A DNA stretch of 63,999 bases, counting the filler, from Planctomycetota bacterium (GTDB lineage Bacteria > Planctomycetota > Planctomycetia > JALXBF01): assembly GCA_026991575.1 (NCBI GenBank). It is 7 parts of 7 records of this genome, joined end to end, with 100 filler letters (N's around TTAATTAATTAA, not from the genome) between each part and the next. Parts side by side here need not be neighbours in the genome. Positions count along the whole stretch, not along the records: positions 1 to 23,302 come from JALXBF010000050.1; 6 more parts are not named here. The stretch is one strand, 5' to 3'. Both the position numbers and the translations under genes were made by a program. The notes beneath the pieces are model-generated. The model saw nothing but the letters and a program-made list of their open reading frames with translations, ran no database searches and was not told the DNA's origin. Position 1 is the stretch's first letter, and each line of letters opens with the position of its first letter. Below are positions 10,241 through 20,545 of this stretch, piece after piece.

Positions 10241-11596
10241 TCAGTGGCCCAGGCCGGGGTGAGTCAGCTCACTGGGGTCGATCCGGCCGTTGCTGACCAC
10301 GAAGACCTGTGGGTACTGGGTCGCCCACGAGGCGTTGGCCGCCGGACAGTACTGGCGAGCGTTACCTTCAACGGCGTCGACCGGCTCAAGGTGTGCCGCC
10401 AACTCGACGGACTCCAGGAAACTTAGCCCGGGGCAGGTCAGGTCCTGGACGCAGATCAGCAGACCGTCCTTCTGAGCTGCCGCTGCCAGCACCAACGACT
10501 GCGACAGCCCCTTGCACGCTTTCAACGCGATGCCGGTATAGCCCATCGCGACTGCCCGCTGCATGGCGCTGTAGTCGGTCAGCGCCTCGTCGACCACTAT
10601 CGGCTTCAGCTTAGCTGCTTCGTGCAGCTTCATGTCCGGCTGTTGATCCAGGTGCCGCGACGTTGGCTGCTCGACATACTGGATGCGCTCCAACGCCTCG
10701 GGCCGCCGTTGGCCAACAGTGCGCAGCACGTGCACCAGGTAGTCAACGTTCTCGCACTGCTCGTTGAAGTCAAGCGAGTAGCACCATTCGGTTCGTTTCA
10801 GCTCCCGTTGCACCTCGCTCGTTACCGCGTCCACTGCCAGGATCCGGTCGATGTCCCAGTCGGCGTCGTTGCCGAGTAGTTTGATCTTCAGGTGCGTGAG
10901 CCGATCCTGCCGGATCCAATCTTGGAGTGTTTCCGGCAGCCCATCCCCGACCGGTTCCTTGAGGTCGGCTTCCGTCAGCGGGTCCAATGCACCGACGAGG
11001 TGGTAGAGCGCCAGGCTTTCCTTCGGCCGCGTTCGGACGTAATCCTCCAACCACTCGTCGCGAAAGCGGTCGTCGAGGAAAGCGCTCAGATCCTCGTTGA
11101 ACCACTGTTGCCCGAGGCAGCGGAACGTGTTCATGCCATGCATCTTGCCATAGGCATCAAGCACCGCAGCATCAAATGCGCTGGCCACCACCAGCACGGC
11201 AAGCTTCGGTAGGGGCTCTTTCAGTTCCAGTTCGCGGGACACGGCTTCGGCAAGCTCTTCCCAGACAGGTTCCCAGCGATGGGCAAGCTCAACCGGATGC
11301 CCCCAGTCGCCCAGCTCCCCGATGCGTTCCGCCATCTGCTCGGCCAGTCGGCGCATGGCTGCCAGGGTGCGCTCAGGCGGTTCTACGCGAGAGGGAAACG
11401 CCCAGGTGTTGCCGAGCGGCATCGATCCTGTGGCGTGCCCGGTCAGGCCATAGCGGCCCCGCACCCGAACACGCACGTTAAGCAGCTCGGTGTGCGTGTT
11501 GACGAACGCACCGAACTTCAGCGGCGTCCGGTACGGATGCCGTTCAAACTCAACGGCGGCTTCCACGACCTGGATGTCGGCCTCGTTATTGGCCAT
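10241..11596 (-). CDS. Mandelate racemase/enolase superfamily enzyme
   Basis: KxK (LKIKL) and metal ligands DFNE, EQP and VDE; AGGAG RBS before the ATG at 11596. Confidence 0.82.
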   Translation of the reverse strand: MANNEADIQVVEAAVEFERHPYRTPLKFGAFVNTHTELLNVRVRVRGRYGLTGHATGSMPLGNTWAFPSRVEPPERTLAAMRRLAEQMAERIGELGDWGHPVELAHRWEPVWEELAEAVSRELELKEPLPKLAVLVVASAFDAAVLDAYGKMHGMNTFRCLGQQWFNEDLSAFLDDRFRDEWLEDYVRTRPKESLALYHLVGALDPLTEADLKEPVGDGLPETLQDWIRQDRLTHLKIKLLGNDADWDIDRILAVDAVTSEVQRELKRTEWCYSLDFNEQCENVDYLVHVLRTVGQRRPEALERIQYVEQPTSRHLDQQPDMKLHEAAKLKPIVVDEALTDYSAMQRAVAMGYTGIALKACKGLSQSLVLAAAAQKDGLLICVQDLTCPGLSFLESVELAAHLEPVDAVEGNARQYCPAANASWATQYPQVFVVSNGRIDPSELTHPGLGH

Positions 11597-11818
11597 ACGG
11601 CTACTCCTGGAACAGAGCACCACCGGCGCGACCCTTGCGGGGGCACAGCGGGCGTCGTGTTAATTCTCAAGCAGGGCCATCTCGGAGAAAAGCACAGCGG
11701 ACGAGGACCGTTTCCCTCGAGCACTTGCGCATCATATCACGCTGTCGCGGACCGGCCAAGCATTGCACCGCTCCGCCGGTCGGTAGAATCCAAGGGGCTT
11801 TGCCGGAGCGCACCGGCC

Positions 11819-12436
11819 ATGATCGTGCTCATCGACAACTACGACTCGTTCACGTACAACATCGTCCAACGTCTGGGTGAGATCGACCCAGGCATTGAGC
11901 TACAGGTGTTTCGCAATGATCGGGTGACACTCGACGTGCTCGAACGCCTGCGCCCCAGCCACGTGATCATCTCGCCTGGACCGTGTACCCCTCGGGAAGC
12001 GGGCATCTCCAATGACGTCATCCGTCACTTTGCCGGGCGCGTCCCGATCCTCGGAGTATGCCTTGGGCATCAGTGTATCGGCCACGTGTTTGGTGCCCGT
12101 ATTGTCCGCGCACCACGCATCATGCACGGCAAGACGTCCATGATTCACCATGACGGCCAGGGCGTTTACCGCGGCTTGCCCAACCCGTTCGAGGCCACGC
12201 GGTACCACAGCCTCATCATCGACCCGGACGCGCTTCCCGACGAGTTCATCGTCACGGCATGGACCGATGACCCAGGCCACGAACGGGAAATCATGGGCAT
12301 TCGCCACCGCGAGCTGCCTATCGAAGGCGTGCAGTTCCATCCTGAGAGCTTCCTGACCGCCGAACCAGGCATCCGTCTTCTGGCCAACTTCATCGGCCGC
12401 ACGATGCCTTCCGAAGCTACCCATGCTAACGATTGA
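11819..12436 (+). CDS. trpG: Anthranilate/aminodeoxychorismate synthase glutamine amidotransferase subunit
   Basis: [36 protein letters not shown] and GVQFHPES; could equally be pabA. Confidence 0.93.
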   Translation: MIVLIDNYDSFTYNIVQRLGEIDPGIELQVFRNDRVTLDVLERLRPSHVIISPGPCTPREAGISNDVIRHFAGRVPILGVCLGHQCIGHVFGARIVRAPRIMHGKTSMIHHDGQGVYRGLPNPFEATRYHSLIIDPDALPDEFIVTAWTDDPGHEREIMGIRHRELPIEGVQFHPESFLTAEPGIRLLANFIGRTMPSEATHAND

Positions 12437-13652
12437 TCAGGCCACCGAACGGGTACTCGCTGCCGTCCGGCCGCTCCGACCACGGCCGGTTCCACTGACG
12501 GAAGCAGTCGGCCTTGTGCTGGCAGAGTCCGTCGCTAGCGATCTCGACGTGCCCCCCTTTGCCAAGAGCCTGCGTGATGGCTACGCCGTTCGCGCCGAGG
12601 ATCTCGCCAGGGGGCTGAGGCAGTTTCACGTCGTGGCCGAACTTTTCGCAGGCAATTGCTACCGCGGCACGCTCGCGGAGGGCGAGGCGGTGCGGATCAT
12701 GACCGGGGCACCGGTGCCTCGCGGTGCCGATGCCGTTGTCATGGTGGAGGATACGACAGAGGAGAGGGCCGAGGACGGCAAGGCGCTGGTCCGGATCGTA
12801 CGCGAACCGGTAGCGCCACAAGCCAACGTCATGCCACGCGGAGCGACCATCCGAGCTGGCGATGTGGTCCTCCGCTCTGGTACCGTGCTGGGGCCAGCCC
12901 AGGTCGGTCTGCTTGCCGAAGTCGGAAAACCGGAGCCACTCGTCTACCCCAGACCACGGGTCGCGCTGTTGGTGACCGGCGACGAACTCGTGGACCCAGG
13001 CTGCCGTCCCGGACCGGGACAGATTCGCAATTCCAACGGTCCAATGCTTGCGGCAGCTGTTGTCCGAGCAGGTGGCTTGCTGGTGCTGGCCGAGCATGTG
13101 CCGGACCGGGAGGAATCGCTGCGTGAGGCAATCAGCCGCGCCCTCCAGACGGCCGACTGCCTGTTGCTCACCGGCGGCGTCTCGATGGGAAAGAGGGATC
13201 TGGTACCCGTGGTGCTGGAGTCACTTGGGGTCCGGTGCGTCTTCCATCGCGTGCACATGAAGCCGGGAAAGCCGTTGTGGTTCGGAACGTACCCGCAGAA
13301 TCAGGACTCCACCGTTGCAGTGTTTGGACTGCCGGGCAATCCGGTCAGCACCATGGTTTGCTTCGCGCTGTTTGTTCGGCCGGCGCTCCGCCGCATGGCC
13401 GGCCATCCGGCCGCTCCTGCTGCGCGGCTGCCGGTGCAACTGGCCAGCCCCTGGCAGCTCCGCACCGACCGGCCTACGTTCTGGCCAGCCAAACTCTGGT
13501 ACAGCAAGAACGGACTCATGGCCGAACCGTTGGCCTGGCAGGGGTCACCCGATCTGCGTACGCTTGCCGAGGCAAGCGGATTCCTCTTCCTCCCCGAAGG
13601 GTCACACTCGCTTGCTGCGGGCGCTGCCGCCGAAGCAGTGGTGCTGGACTGA
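12423..13652 (+). CDS. moeA: Molybdopterin molybdotransferase MoeA
   Basis: [45 protein letters not shown] and GLPGNPVS motifs. Confidence 0.95.
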   Translation: MLTIDQATERVLAAVRPLRPRPVPLTEAVGLVLAESVASDLDVPPFAKSLRDGYAVRAEDLARGLRQFHVVAELFAGNCYRGTLAEGEAVRIMTGAPVPRGADAVVMVEDTTEERAEDGKALVRIVREPVAPQANVMPRGATIRAGDVVLRSGTVLGPAQVGLLAEVGKPEPLVYPRPRVALLVTGDELVDPGCRPGPGQIRNSNGPMLAAAVVRAGGLLVLAEHVPDREESLREAISRALQTADCLLLTGGVSMGKRDLVPVVLESLGVRCVFHRVHMKPGKPLWFGTYPQNQDSTVAVFGLPGNPVSTMVCFALFVRPALRRMAGHPAAPAARLPVQLASPWQLRTDRPTFWPAKLWYSKNGLMAEPLAWQGSPDLRTLAEASGFLFLPEGSHSLAAGAAAEAVVLD

Positions 13653-13869
13653 GGTGTCGACTCCGCGGGAGTGTTCGCAGCGACAGCTGCTACTTTCCTG
13701 CGGGACGATTGCTGCCCGTGCCGCGAGCACGGGGGCCAGGGCACCCGCCACAGAGCTGAATGCACCCAGGGCGGCATACCAAGAGCTTGCCGTCGGCTCT
13801 CTGAGGACGGCCTCTTGCTGCACGGGACATCCACTGGAACCGTGGCGGCCACCGCGGTGAAGTGGCTGA

Positions 13870-15576
13870 ATGGCCAGAACAACCAAGACCTCAACCGGCG
13901 GGTTGGAAACAGCTGTCGTGGCGTCTGAGCCAGACAGCAACAAGACAGTGCGCAAGCGCAAGTGGCCAGGGACACCGTTCCTGTGGGCTATAGCCTCCGG
14001 TGTGCTTCTCTGGGCGGCTTTTCCCCCCCTTCGGCTCAGTCCCCTGGTCCTCGTGGCGCTGGTTCCGCTGTGGCACGCTGCGGTGCGGAGCAACGGGACT
14101 ACGCAGGCGGCGCTGCTGGGACTGATGGCAGGAACCACCTTTGGCTTGCTGTCCGTTCATTGGCTTCGCATCGCTCACCCGACCGGCTACCTGGGCTGGG
14201 TCGCTCTGGCCGTGTACCTCGGGTGCTACTGGGCATGCTCGGCCGCCCTGGCGCACGGATACCGCGGTGTCCATCCGTGGGTGTGGTGTGGCATGACCGC
14301 GGCCACGTGGGTGGGGCTGGAGTACGTGCGGGGTTGGTTCCTCGGAGGTTTCCCCTGGTTCTACTTACCCCACGTCTTCTACCACTATCCAGCCGTCTTC
14401 CAGTCCGTGGCGGCCGTCAGCACCTACGGTCTGTCCCTTCTGCTGGCTGCGTGTAACGCAGCGCTTACACTGGTGGCGTGGCCCGTGGGATTGCCGCGGC
14501 ACGTTAGGCTGGTGCCCATCGTGGCAACGTTACTGCTTTTCCTCGGCAACTGCGCCGGTGGCTGGTTGTTTCTCAGGCAGGCATCGGCCAGGAGTTCTGG
14601 TCCCCGGCTGGCCCTGGTTCAAACCAACGTGCCGCAGACCGTGAAGGTCGACCCGGAAGAAGCCGAGCGGCTCGAACAGCGGTTCCTGATGCTCAATCGC
14701 CGTATTCCACCAGGGGAAGTGGACCTGGTGGTCTGGCCTGAGACCACCTGGCGGCATGTTTGGGTGGAACTGGTCGAACCGCTGGACGACGCGCGGCTGC
14801 GCCGGTTGCTTGGCGTCAGCAGCAAAGAGCTTCAGGCCTACCTGGAGCTGGTGCGCGCCCGGATCGTGCAGCTTGCCGAGGAGAGCGGCGCGGCCACGCT
14901 ACTGGGGTTGAATGTTCAGGAGGTTGACCGGCGCGGATTGCGCACCTACAACTCGGCGGTCCTCGTTCGTCCCGACGGCCGCTGGGAGCGACCGTATCAC
15001 AAGCTCGTGTTGCTGCCGTTTGGCGAGTACGTACCGTTGGAGCGCTGGCTGCCGTGGCTTCGCTGGCTTTCGCCCAACACGCGCGGTGCGGGCAGCCTGA
15101 CTGCCGGACAGCGGCTGGGTGTCTATCAGGTGGCCGGATGGCGGTTCGGCGTGCTGATCTGCTTTGAGGACACGCTTCCGTGGTTGAGTCGGCGGTACGT
15201 TGCCGAAGAGGATGTCGATTTCCTTGTGAATCTCACCAACGATGGCTGGTTCGGGCGGACGGTCCAGCACGAAGTGCACCTGGCGACCAGCCTGTTCCGG
15301 GCCGTTGAGTGCGGTCGGCCGCTGGCCAGAGCAGTGAACACGGGTATATCCGCCGTGGTCGACGCTTACGGTCGGCTTGTTGCCGTCGCCGGCGGCGACG
15401 TGGCCAAGGGGGTGTGGTGTGAGCTGGTGCTTCGGACAACGATTCCGGTCGTACGCCGTCAGACGCCGTATGTGCGATGGGTTGGCGATTGGCCCGGGGT
15501 GTGTCTGATGATGGTGATGCTGGCTGCCACTGCGTGGCGCATTGGTCATGGCCTCCGGACGAAGCGAACCAAGTAG
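13870..15576 (+). CDS. lnt: Apolipoprotein N-acyltransferase
   Basis: TM N-terminus with GGFPW; nitrilase triad WPE, YHKLVLLPFGEY and LICFED; NLTNDGWFG, RAVE, RAVNTGISA. Confidence 0.95.
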   Translation: MARTTKTSTGGLETAVVASEPDSNKTVRKRKWPGTPFLWAIASGVLLWAAFPPLRLSPLVLVALVPLWHAAVRSNGTTQAALLGLMAGTTFGLLSVHWLRIAHPTGYLGWVALAVYLGCYWACSAALAHGYRGVHPWVWCGMTAATWVGLEYVRGWFLGGFPWFYLPHVFYHYPAVFQSVAAVSTYGLSLLLAACNAALTLVAWPVGLPRHVRLVPIVATLLLFLGNCAGGWLFLRQASARSSGPRLALVQTNVPQTVKVDPEEAERLEQRFLMLNRRIPPGEVDLVVWPETTWRHVWVELVEPLDDARLRRLLGVSSKELQAYLELVRARIVQLAEESGAATLLGLNVQEVDRRGLRTYNSAVLVRPDGRWERPYHKLVLLPFGEYVPLERWLPWLRWLSPNTRGAGSLTAGQRLGVYQVAGWRFGVLICFEDTLPWLSRRYVAEEDVDFLVNLTNDGWFGRTVQHEVHLATSLFRAVECGRPLARAVNTGISAVVDAYGRLVAVAGGDVAKGVWCELVLRTTIPVVRRQTPYVRWVGDWPGVCLMMVMLAATAWRIGHGLRTKRTK

Positions 15577-17254
15577 CCCTGTCGGGGAATCACGCCCGGG
15601 CGGTGTTCCCGCGGCTCGCATGCCGCGTGCCGCCAGCTTCTGGCCGGTAGCGTGCGTCTTCGTCATTCTTGCCCTGCTGCTCCGCCTCCCTCTCCTGCAC
15701 AACGCCGACGCACTCTTCGGTGACGACGAAGCGGCCAACGCGCTGAGCATCAAGCACCTGGTCGAAGGCCGGGCGCTGCTGCTCTTCTACTACGGGCAAC
15801 GTTACCAGGGAATCGTCGAGGGGATTGCGGCCCTGCCGTTCGTGGCCCTCCTGGGCTGGCAACCGCTTGCGTTCGTTTGCTCACCGCTGGTGGCCTGGAT
15901 TGGCATTGCCGTGCTCGTCGCCGAATGGCTGTGGCGTCGCTGGTCACCGGCGTGGGCGCTTGCCTGGCTGTTGACGCAGCTGGCTGTTCCGGTGTTCCAG
16001 CTCTGGGCGAGCACCCAAGCCCACGGCGGTCATGTGTGGGTACTCTTCTTCGCGCTAGCTGCTGTTCGGCTCGCCGACGGCCGTCCCCGGCATGCGTCGG
16101 CCGGCTGGGGGCGCTTCGCGGCGGTGCAATTCCTGGGAGCATACACGTATTCGTATTACGCTTTGTTTGTCCCGCTCACCGCGGGAGCCTGGGTGGTTGC
16201 CCGCGGGCTGAGCAGACCGCGGGCATGGGCAGTCGCGATAGGCACGACCACTGCAGCCATTGGCGGCGTACTTGGATTGCGCATAGTGGCTGACCACGTC
16301 CAGCCGGACCGGAACCAGTACCCGGATTTCTGGCGGTTCGAGCAGCAAGTGACTTCTGTGGGGCTGGCCGATCGCTGGTGGGTTCTTCGCAGGCAATGCC
16401 TGCCACTTGCGTTGTCCCTGGAGGGCGTCTGCAACGAGTATGCCCGTTTCCACGCCGCGTTGTGGGGATTGGCCGTGGGCCGCGAACACATGCCGTGGTG
16501 GCTGGAGAAAGCGAGCCGTTGGCTTGCAGGTATGCAGCTTGGGCTAGCTGTCCTTGCAGCGTGCATGCTGGCCCGTCACCCTGTACGGTCGGCTCGATAC
16601 CAGCTCTTGCCCGTGGCCGTTTGCGCCGCGGGGCTTCTCAGTTGCGTGGCGTTTGTGCTTTTTCGGTACGGCGAGCAGTGGAGCCGTGTGCGATACCTGG
16701 TTCCGGTCTACCCCGCATGCGCGATGGCGGCGCTGGTCGCGTGCCGCGCCATCGTACGGAGAGCACGCGGAGCGGCTTGGCTGGTCTGCGTCCTGGCCAC
16801 GGGGGCGCTGTTCCTTGGCTGGGCAGGGTACTATGGGCTGCTGGCCGGCAGTTACTACCGCGCGCAGAAGATGATCGGCCCGGACGGGACGCTGCACGTA
16901 ATTGACAGTCCCGCCACGGCGCTAGCCCGATGGTGTCAGGGCCATGGGGTGACAGGCATGGTCGGGTACGCGGACTACCGGCTTGCGTTTCCGGTGGCAC
17001 TGCTGACGGGCGAAAAAGTCAGGTTCTGTCCGTGGGACCTCCGCCGCATCCCCAGCTACGCTCGGGAAGCCGAACAGCTGGACAGGCCATGGTATGCGTC
17101 CTTTGAGCTCGCTGGCCCGGGAGGTCCCCCGCCCGTGCCGGGGATTGAGTATGAGGTGGTGGTACGGTTGAAGACCGGGCCGTTCGCCGCCGTGCTCTGG
17201 CGTCCGGTCGGTGGCAGCCAGCAACGCCCGGGGCAGACCACGCCACTGCGCTAG
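15542..17254 (+). CDS. Polytopic membrane protein, probable GT-C glycosyltransferase (ArnT/PMT-like)
   Basis: First TM followed by a DDEA acidic loop and FYYGQRYQG; many TMs, RYL motif, C-terminal soluble domain with ADYRLAFP. Confidence 0.6.
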   Translation: MVMASGRSEPSSPVGESRPGGVPAARMPRAASFWPVACVFVILALLLRLPLLHNADALFGDDEAANALSIKHLVEGRALLLFYYGQRYQGIVEGIAALPFVALLGWQPLAFVCSPLVAWIGIAVLVAEWLWRRWSPAWALAWLLTQLAVPVFQLWASTQAHGGHVWVLFFALAAVRLADGRPRHASAGWGRFAAVQFLGAYTYSYYALFVPLTAGAWVVARGLSRPRAWAVAIGTTTAAIGGVLGLRIVADHVQPDRNQYPDFWRFEQQVTSVGLADRWWVLRRQCLPLALSLEGVCNEYARFHAALWGLAVGREHMPWWLEKASRWLAGMQLGLAVLAACMLARHPVRSARYQLLPVAVCAAGLLSCVAFVLFRYGEQWSRVRYLVPVYPACAMAALVACRAIVRRARGAAWLVCVLATGALFLGWAGYYGLLAGSYYRAQKMIGPDGTLHVIDSPATALARWCQGHGVTGMVGYADYRLAFPVALLTGEKVRFCPWDLRRIPSYAREAEQLDRPWYASFELAGPGGPPPVPGIEYEVVVRLKTGPFAAVLWRPVGGSQQRPGQTTPLR

Positions 17255-17511
17255 CCCGAGGGGGAAGCCTGGGCTGACTCCGGGTCGGTTTCCTCCCCGA
17301 CCGGAATCAGGTAAGCGGGGTCAATGTCGTACCGGCCCCAGCCTTCCTGGAAGTTGACTAGGCACTTACCGTTCATGTTGACGGTGATCACCGTGCCGAC
17401 GAGGCCGGCAAAGCGGCGCAGCTCAGGGCGACTCGTGTCCACCTTGACCTGCTTGTTGGTCCACTGCTGCTTGAGCTGTTCGATCTCAGCAGGATCCGGA
17501 TACCGTTTCAT
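17251..17511 (-). CDS. Small hypothetical protein (SH3/KOW-like beta pattern)
   Basis: RPELRRFAGLVGTVITVNMNGKCLVNF...GRYDIDPAYL; GGAG before the ATG at 17511. Confidence 0.75.
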   Translation of the reverse strand: MKRYPDPAEIEQLKQQWTNKQVKVDTSRPELRRFAGLVGTVITVNMNGKCLVNFQEGWGRYDIDPAYLIPVGEETDPESAQASPSG

Positions 17512-17594
17512 GACTCCACCGCTCCTTGTGCCGCGGCAATGGTCCGGTGGCAATGGTCCGGTTACGCAGCGCTATTCTAGGGGGCAAGCAGTCG

Positions 17595-18377
17595 ATGACG
17601 ACGCACCTGGAGCTTCTTTCAGACAGCGGTCGACGCGTGCACATCTGGATCGGCACCTCCGGCTGGAATTACCCCCACTGGCGCGGGCGATTCTATCCGG
17701 AGGACTGCCCTCCGGAGCGGTGGTTCGAGCACTACGCTCGGTATTTTGCGACGGTGGAGATCAACAACACGTTCTACCAGTTGCCTTCCGAGCAGACGTT
17801 CGACCGGTGGCGCAAGCAGGCACCGCGTGGGTTCGTGTACGCGGTGAAGGCGAACCGGTACCTGACGCACGTCCGGAAGCTGAAGGACGTCGAGGAACCG
17901 TTGGAGCGGTTTGTCGCACGTGTGCGCCGGCTGGGCAGCCATCTGGGACCGATCCTCTTTCAGCTGCCGCCGCGTTGGAAACCGAACATGGCACGCTTGG
18001 AGGCATTCCTGAGGGCGGCTCGGGGCATTCGGCGGCGCGTTGTGGAGTTCCGCGATCCAGACTGGCTTGTGCCGGATACCTTCCGGCTCCTGCGCAGGTA
18101 CCGCACGGCTCTGTGCATTCACGATCTGATTAGGCCGCATCCGCGGGTGGTGACGGCCGGTCTGAGTTACGTGCGGTTCCATGGCGCCGGCCAGCGGTAC
18201 GGCGGTTGCTACCAGCAAGCTGCGCTGGCTGAGTGGGCCGAGTGGATGGTGGAGACGGCCCGTTGCGGGTATCACGTGTTTGCCTACTTCAACAACGATG
18301 CCTACGCCTACGCCGTGGAGAATGCCCTGACGCTAGTCAAGCTGGTGGCTGACCGGTTGGCAGGCAGCCGCGGCTAA
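17595..18377 (+). CDS. DUF72 family protein
   Basis: IGTSGWNYPHW, VEINNTFY, GPILFQLPP, VEFRD, YVRFHG and YFNND motifs. Confidence 0.92.
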   Translation: MTTHLELLSDSGRRVHIWIGTSGWNYPHWRGRFYPEDCPPERWFEHYARYFATVEINNTFYQLPSEQTFDRWRKQAPRGFVYAVKANRYLTHVRKLKDVEEPLERFVARVRRLGSHLGPILFQLPPRWKPNMARLEAFLRAARGIRRRVVEFRDPDWLVPDTFRLLRRYRTALCIHDLIRPHPRVVTAGLSYVRFHGAGQRYGGCYQQAALAEWAEWMVETARCGYHVFAYFNNDAYAYAVENALTLVKLVADRLAGSRG

Positions 18378-19054
18378 GGCTGTGCCGGCAGACAACGGCT
18401 CGGGTAAGCTGGAGCCGATCCACGGGGAAGCCACGCGGCATGCCTTTGTGGAATGCGGGGTTCGTGGCTGAAGACCGGTCACCCCGCCGGCAGCCTGTTG
18501 TTCCCGCCGGGCGAGCCGGCTGTGCGGGGTTGTGCGGGTGATTGTCCTGATCGGCCGATTCCCGGTGATCGGGACCAGCACGCGTGCGGAGTCATTGCGT
18601 GGTCGAGACGATGACGGGCACGGTCGGGCGGGCTTGTGGCCAAGAAGACCGCTGGTAGGAGCTTGGGCAAGGGATTCGGTGCGACCCTGAACCCGGCCGG
18701 CACCCAGAATCGCGCTTGCGGACCGGCGCAGGGGGCAGGATAATACGAATAGCCGTTTCGTCCGGCGGCTCGGCCTCGGTTGAAGCGGTGCGGTTCGCTG
18801 TCACGAACTGGACTCGCGCCATACTATCTAACGTCAGCTTGGCTACCCCTCCCTTGCGCGGCTCAGTCGGGTCGCTGGAGGCATCGGGGGGTTCCCATCT
18901 TCAGGACCTGCTGCCCCGTATACGGCCGGGGCCTGCCCGAAGGCCATCCGCATGGTGAAGCTATACTTGAGCGACCGTGTCCACAGAAGGCCTCGTGTGG
19001 GACGGTAAAGAGGCAGGTGGAAGTGTTTGACGGGATAGTTCAAAGGGCACAGAA

Positions 19055-19136
19055 CGGCTGACCCCGAAGGGGGTGCGGTCTCCGGCACTAGCATTGGGCA
19101 CCGCGCATATGGCCGGAGCCGCCCCCTCTTTCGAGG
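19055..19136 (+). promoter_or_regulatory. Structured 5' leader with an ops-like element upstream of the NusG paralogue
   Basis: Pairings ACCCC-GAAG-GGGGT, GCGGT/ACCGC, CGGCT/AGCCG and CCTC-TTTC-GAGG; GGCACTAGC resembles the ops core GGCGGTAGC. Confidence 0.5.
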
Positions 19137-19224
19137 CCGCAAGACTACCGTATTCATGCTAGCAGCCTCCGAAACCGGGGTCAACGCCGTCTCTGGGTGC
19201 CCAGTTTGCACCTGGAGCGAGCCG

Positions 19225-19863
19225 ATGCCGGTCTTACCGCTCGAGACCTACGTGTTTCCGGAGGACTTGCTAGACCGAGACGCTCCTCCTGGCGATGAGA
19301 GCGACTGCTGGTACGTCGTCCACGCTCGACCGCGAGCCGAGAAGGTGGTGGCCCGCTGGCTCGTGCTGTTCGGAACCCCGTTCTACCTGCCGCTCTACGC
19401 GCGCAAGTTCTACCACCGCAACCGGCTCATTACGTCATACCTCCCACTGTTTCCAGGGTATCTTTTCGTGCGGGCCAACATCGATCAAAAGATCGATCTG
19501 CGCTGGAAGGTCGAGCACGTCGTCCGAACGCTGAAGGCGCCGGACCAGGACGAATTCCACCGGAAGTTGCTGGATATACGCCGCTTATTGGATTCAGGAG
19601 TTCCCGTGACACCGGAAGAACGGCTGCAGCCTGGGCAATGGGTCGAGATCCGAAGCGGTCCACTGCGTGGCCTGGAAGGCAAAGTCGTCCGCCGGGGCAA
19701 GAACTTCCGGTTTGTGATCGAGTTGGACTTCTTGAAGCGGGGTGTTTCGTGCGAAGTTAGCGGCTGGCAGCTGAGGGTGCTGGACGGGCCGCCCAACGGG
19801 CAGCAGCTGCCCAAGCGTCGGCGCCGGCGTCGCCGTCGTCGCCGCCGCAGCAGCAGTGGATGA
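19225..19863 (+). CDS. Specialised NusG paralogue (RfaH/UpxY/LoaP-like antiterminator) with poly-Arg tail
   Basis: NGN domain WYVVHARPRAEK...PLFPGYLF; KOW domain PGQWVEIRSGPLRGLEGKV; GGAG before the ATG at 19225. Confidence 0.9.
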   Translation: MPVLPLETYVFPEDLLDRDAPPGDESDCWYVVHARPRAEKVVARWLVLFGTPFYLPLYARKFYHRNRLITSYLPLFPGYLFVRANIDQKIDLRWKVEHVVRTLKAPDQDEFHRKLLDIRRLLDSGVPVTPEERLQPGQWVEIRSGPLRGLEGKVVRRGKNFRFVIELDFLKRGVSCEVSGWQLRVLDGPPNGQQLPKRRRRRRRRRRRSSSG

Positions 19864-20545
19864 GACCGCAACGCGGGCTCGTCCAAGCGGGTTTGGCCGG
19901 ACGGGACGGTTCTGTCCGTTGCTAACCGATCGCTCTCGCGTCATCCACGCCTGACTGAGTGCCCCGTCGCCTGTTCGGCCAGTCTGGCCGTGCTGCGCGA
20001 TGGGCAACGCGGCCAGCCACAAGCAGCCCCCAGCCTGCGTTGTCCTCAACTCTGCGCGCCCCTCGGTGGTAGCAGTCACCCGCAGGCGAAGGAGACGTCG
20101 CGAGGACTGGCGGGTGCCGAACTGCTGGGACTGTCATGAAGCGTCCCAGCGGAAGGAGCAGTTCCGTCGGTGCGCGGGCCTGGACGATCGCCAGTTCGTC
20201 GCCGGCCAGCAACGGGCGGTCAGACTCAGCCTCCGGGGAACGGAAGCCGATCACACGGCGCGACCCACCTCCCGCGGCACAGTCATGGCCCGCTGGCGTT
20301 GATCGGCCGGTAGGCAACGCGGGTGACGTCTTGCGTGACGCTGCTCTTGACTTCGGGGGCAGTCTCGGGTGGGTTCCCGCTATGGGACCGTGGGCGGCTA
20401 CTGTCGTGGCCTGGGTGGGCCCGGCCCGCGCTTGTTGCCACCCCCCTTGTCGTAACGCTCCCGGTGTACCAAAATTACATTGGAGAGAAGGGGGGTTGCG
20501 GCGACAGATCGGTTTGCACCCTGTGCCGTGGAAGGAGGTGATGTC

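Noticed and set aside
11279..11818. Long N-terminal extensions in the ORF track (trpG; also trpA, the 29135 oxidase and the 56054 and 62982 genes)
   Set aside because: The extensions overlap neighbouring genes or lack family similarity; downstream starts fit family N-termini and RBS positions.
20065..20076. GGTGGTAGCAGT, a near match to ops
   Set aside because: One mismatch in an 8-mer is expected by chance in GC-rich DNA, and no long operon follows.
20000..20302. ORF with CWDCH (heme-c-like CxxCH) and an Arg run downstream of the NusG paralogue
   Set aside because: No signal peptide or clear RBS, and composition is typical of a spurious GC-rich frame; a single CxxCH can occur by chance.
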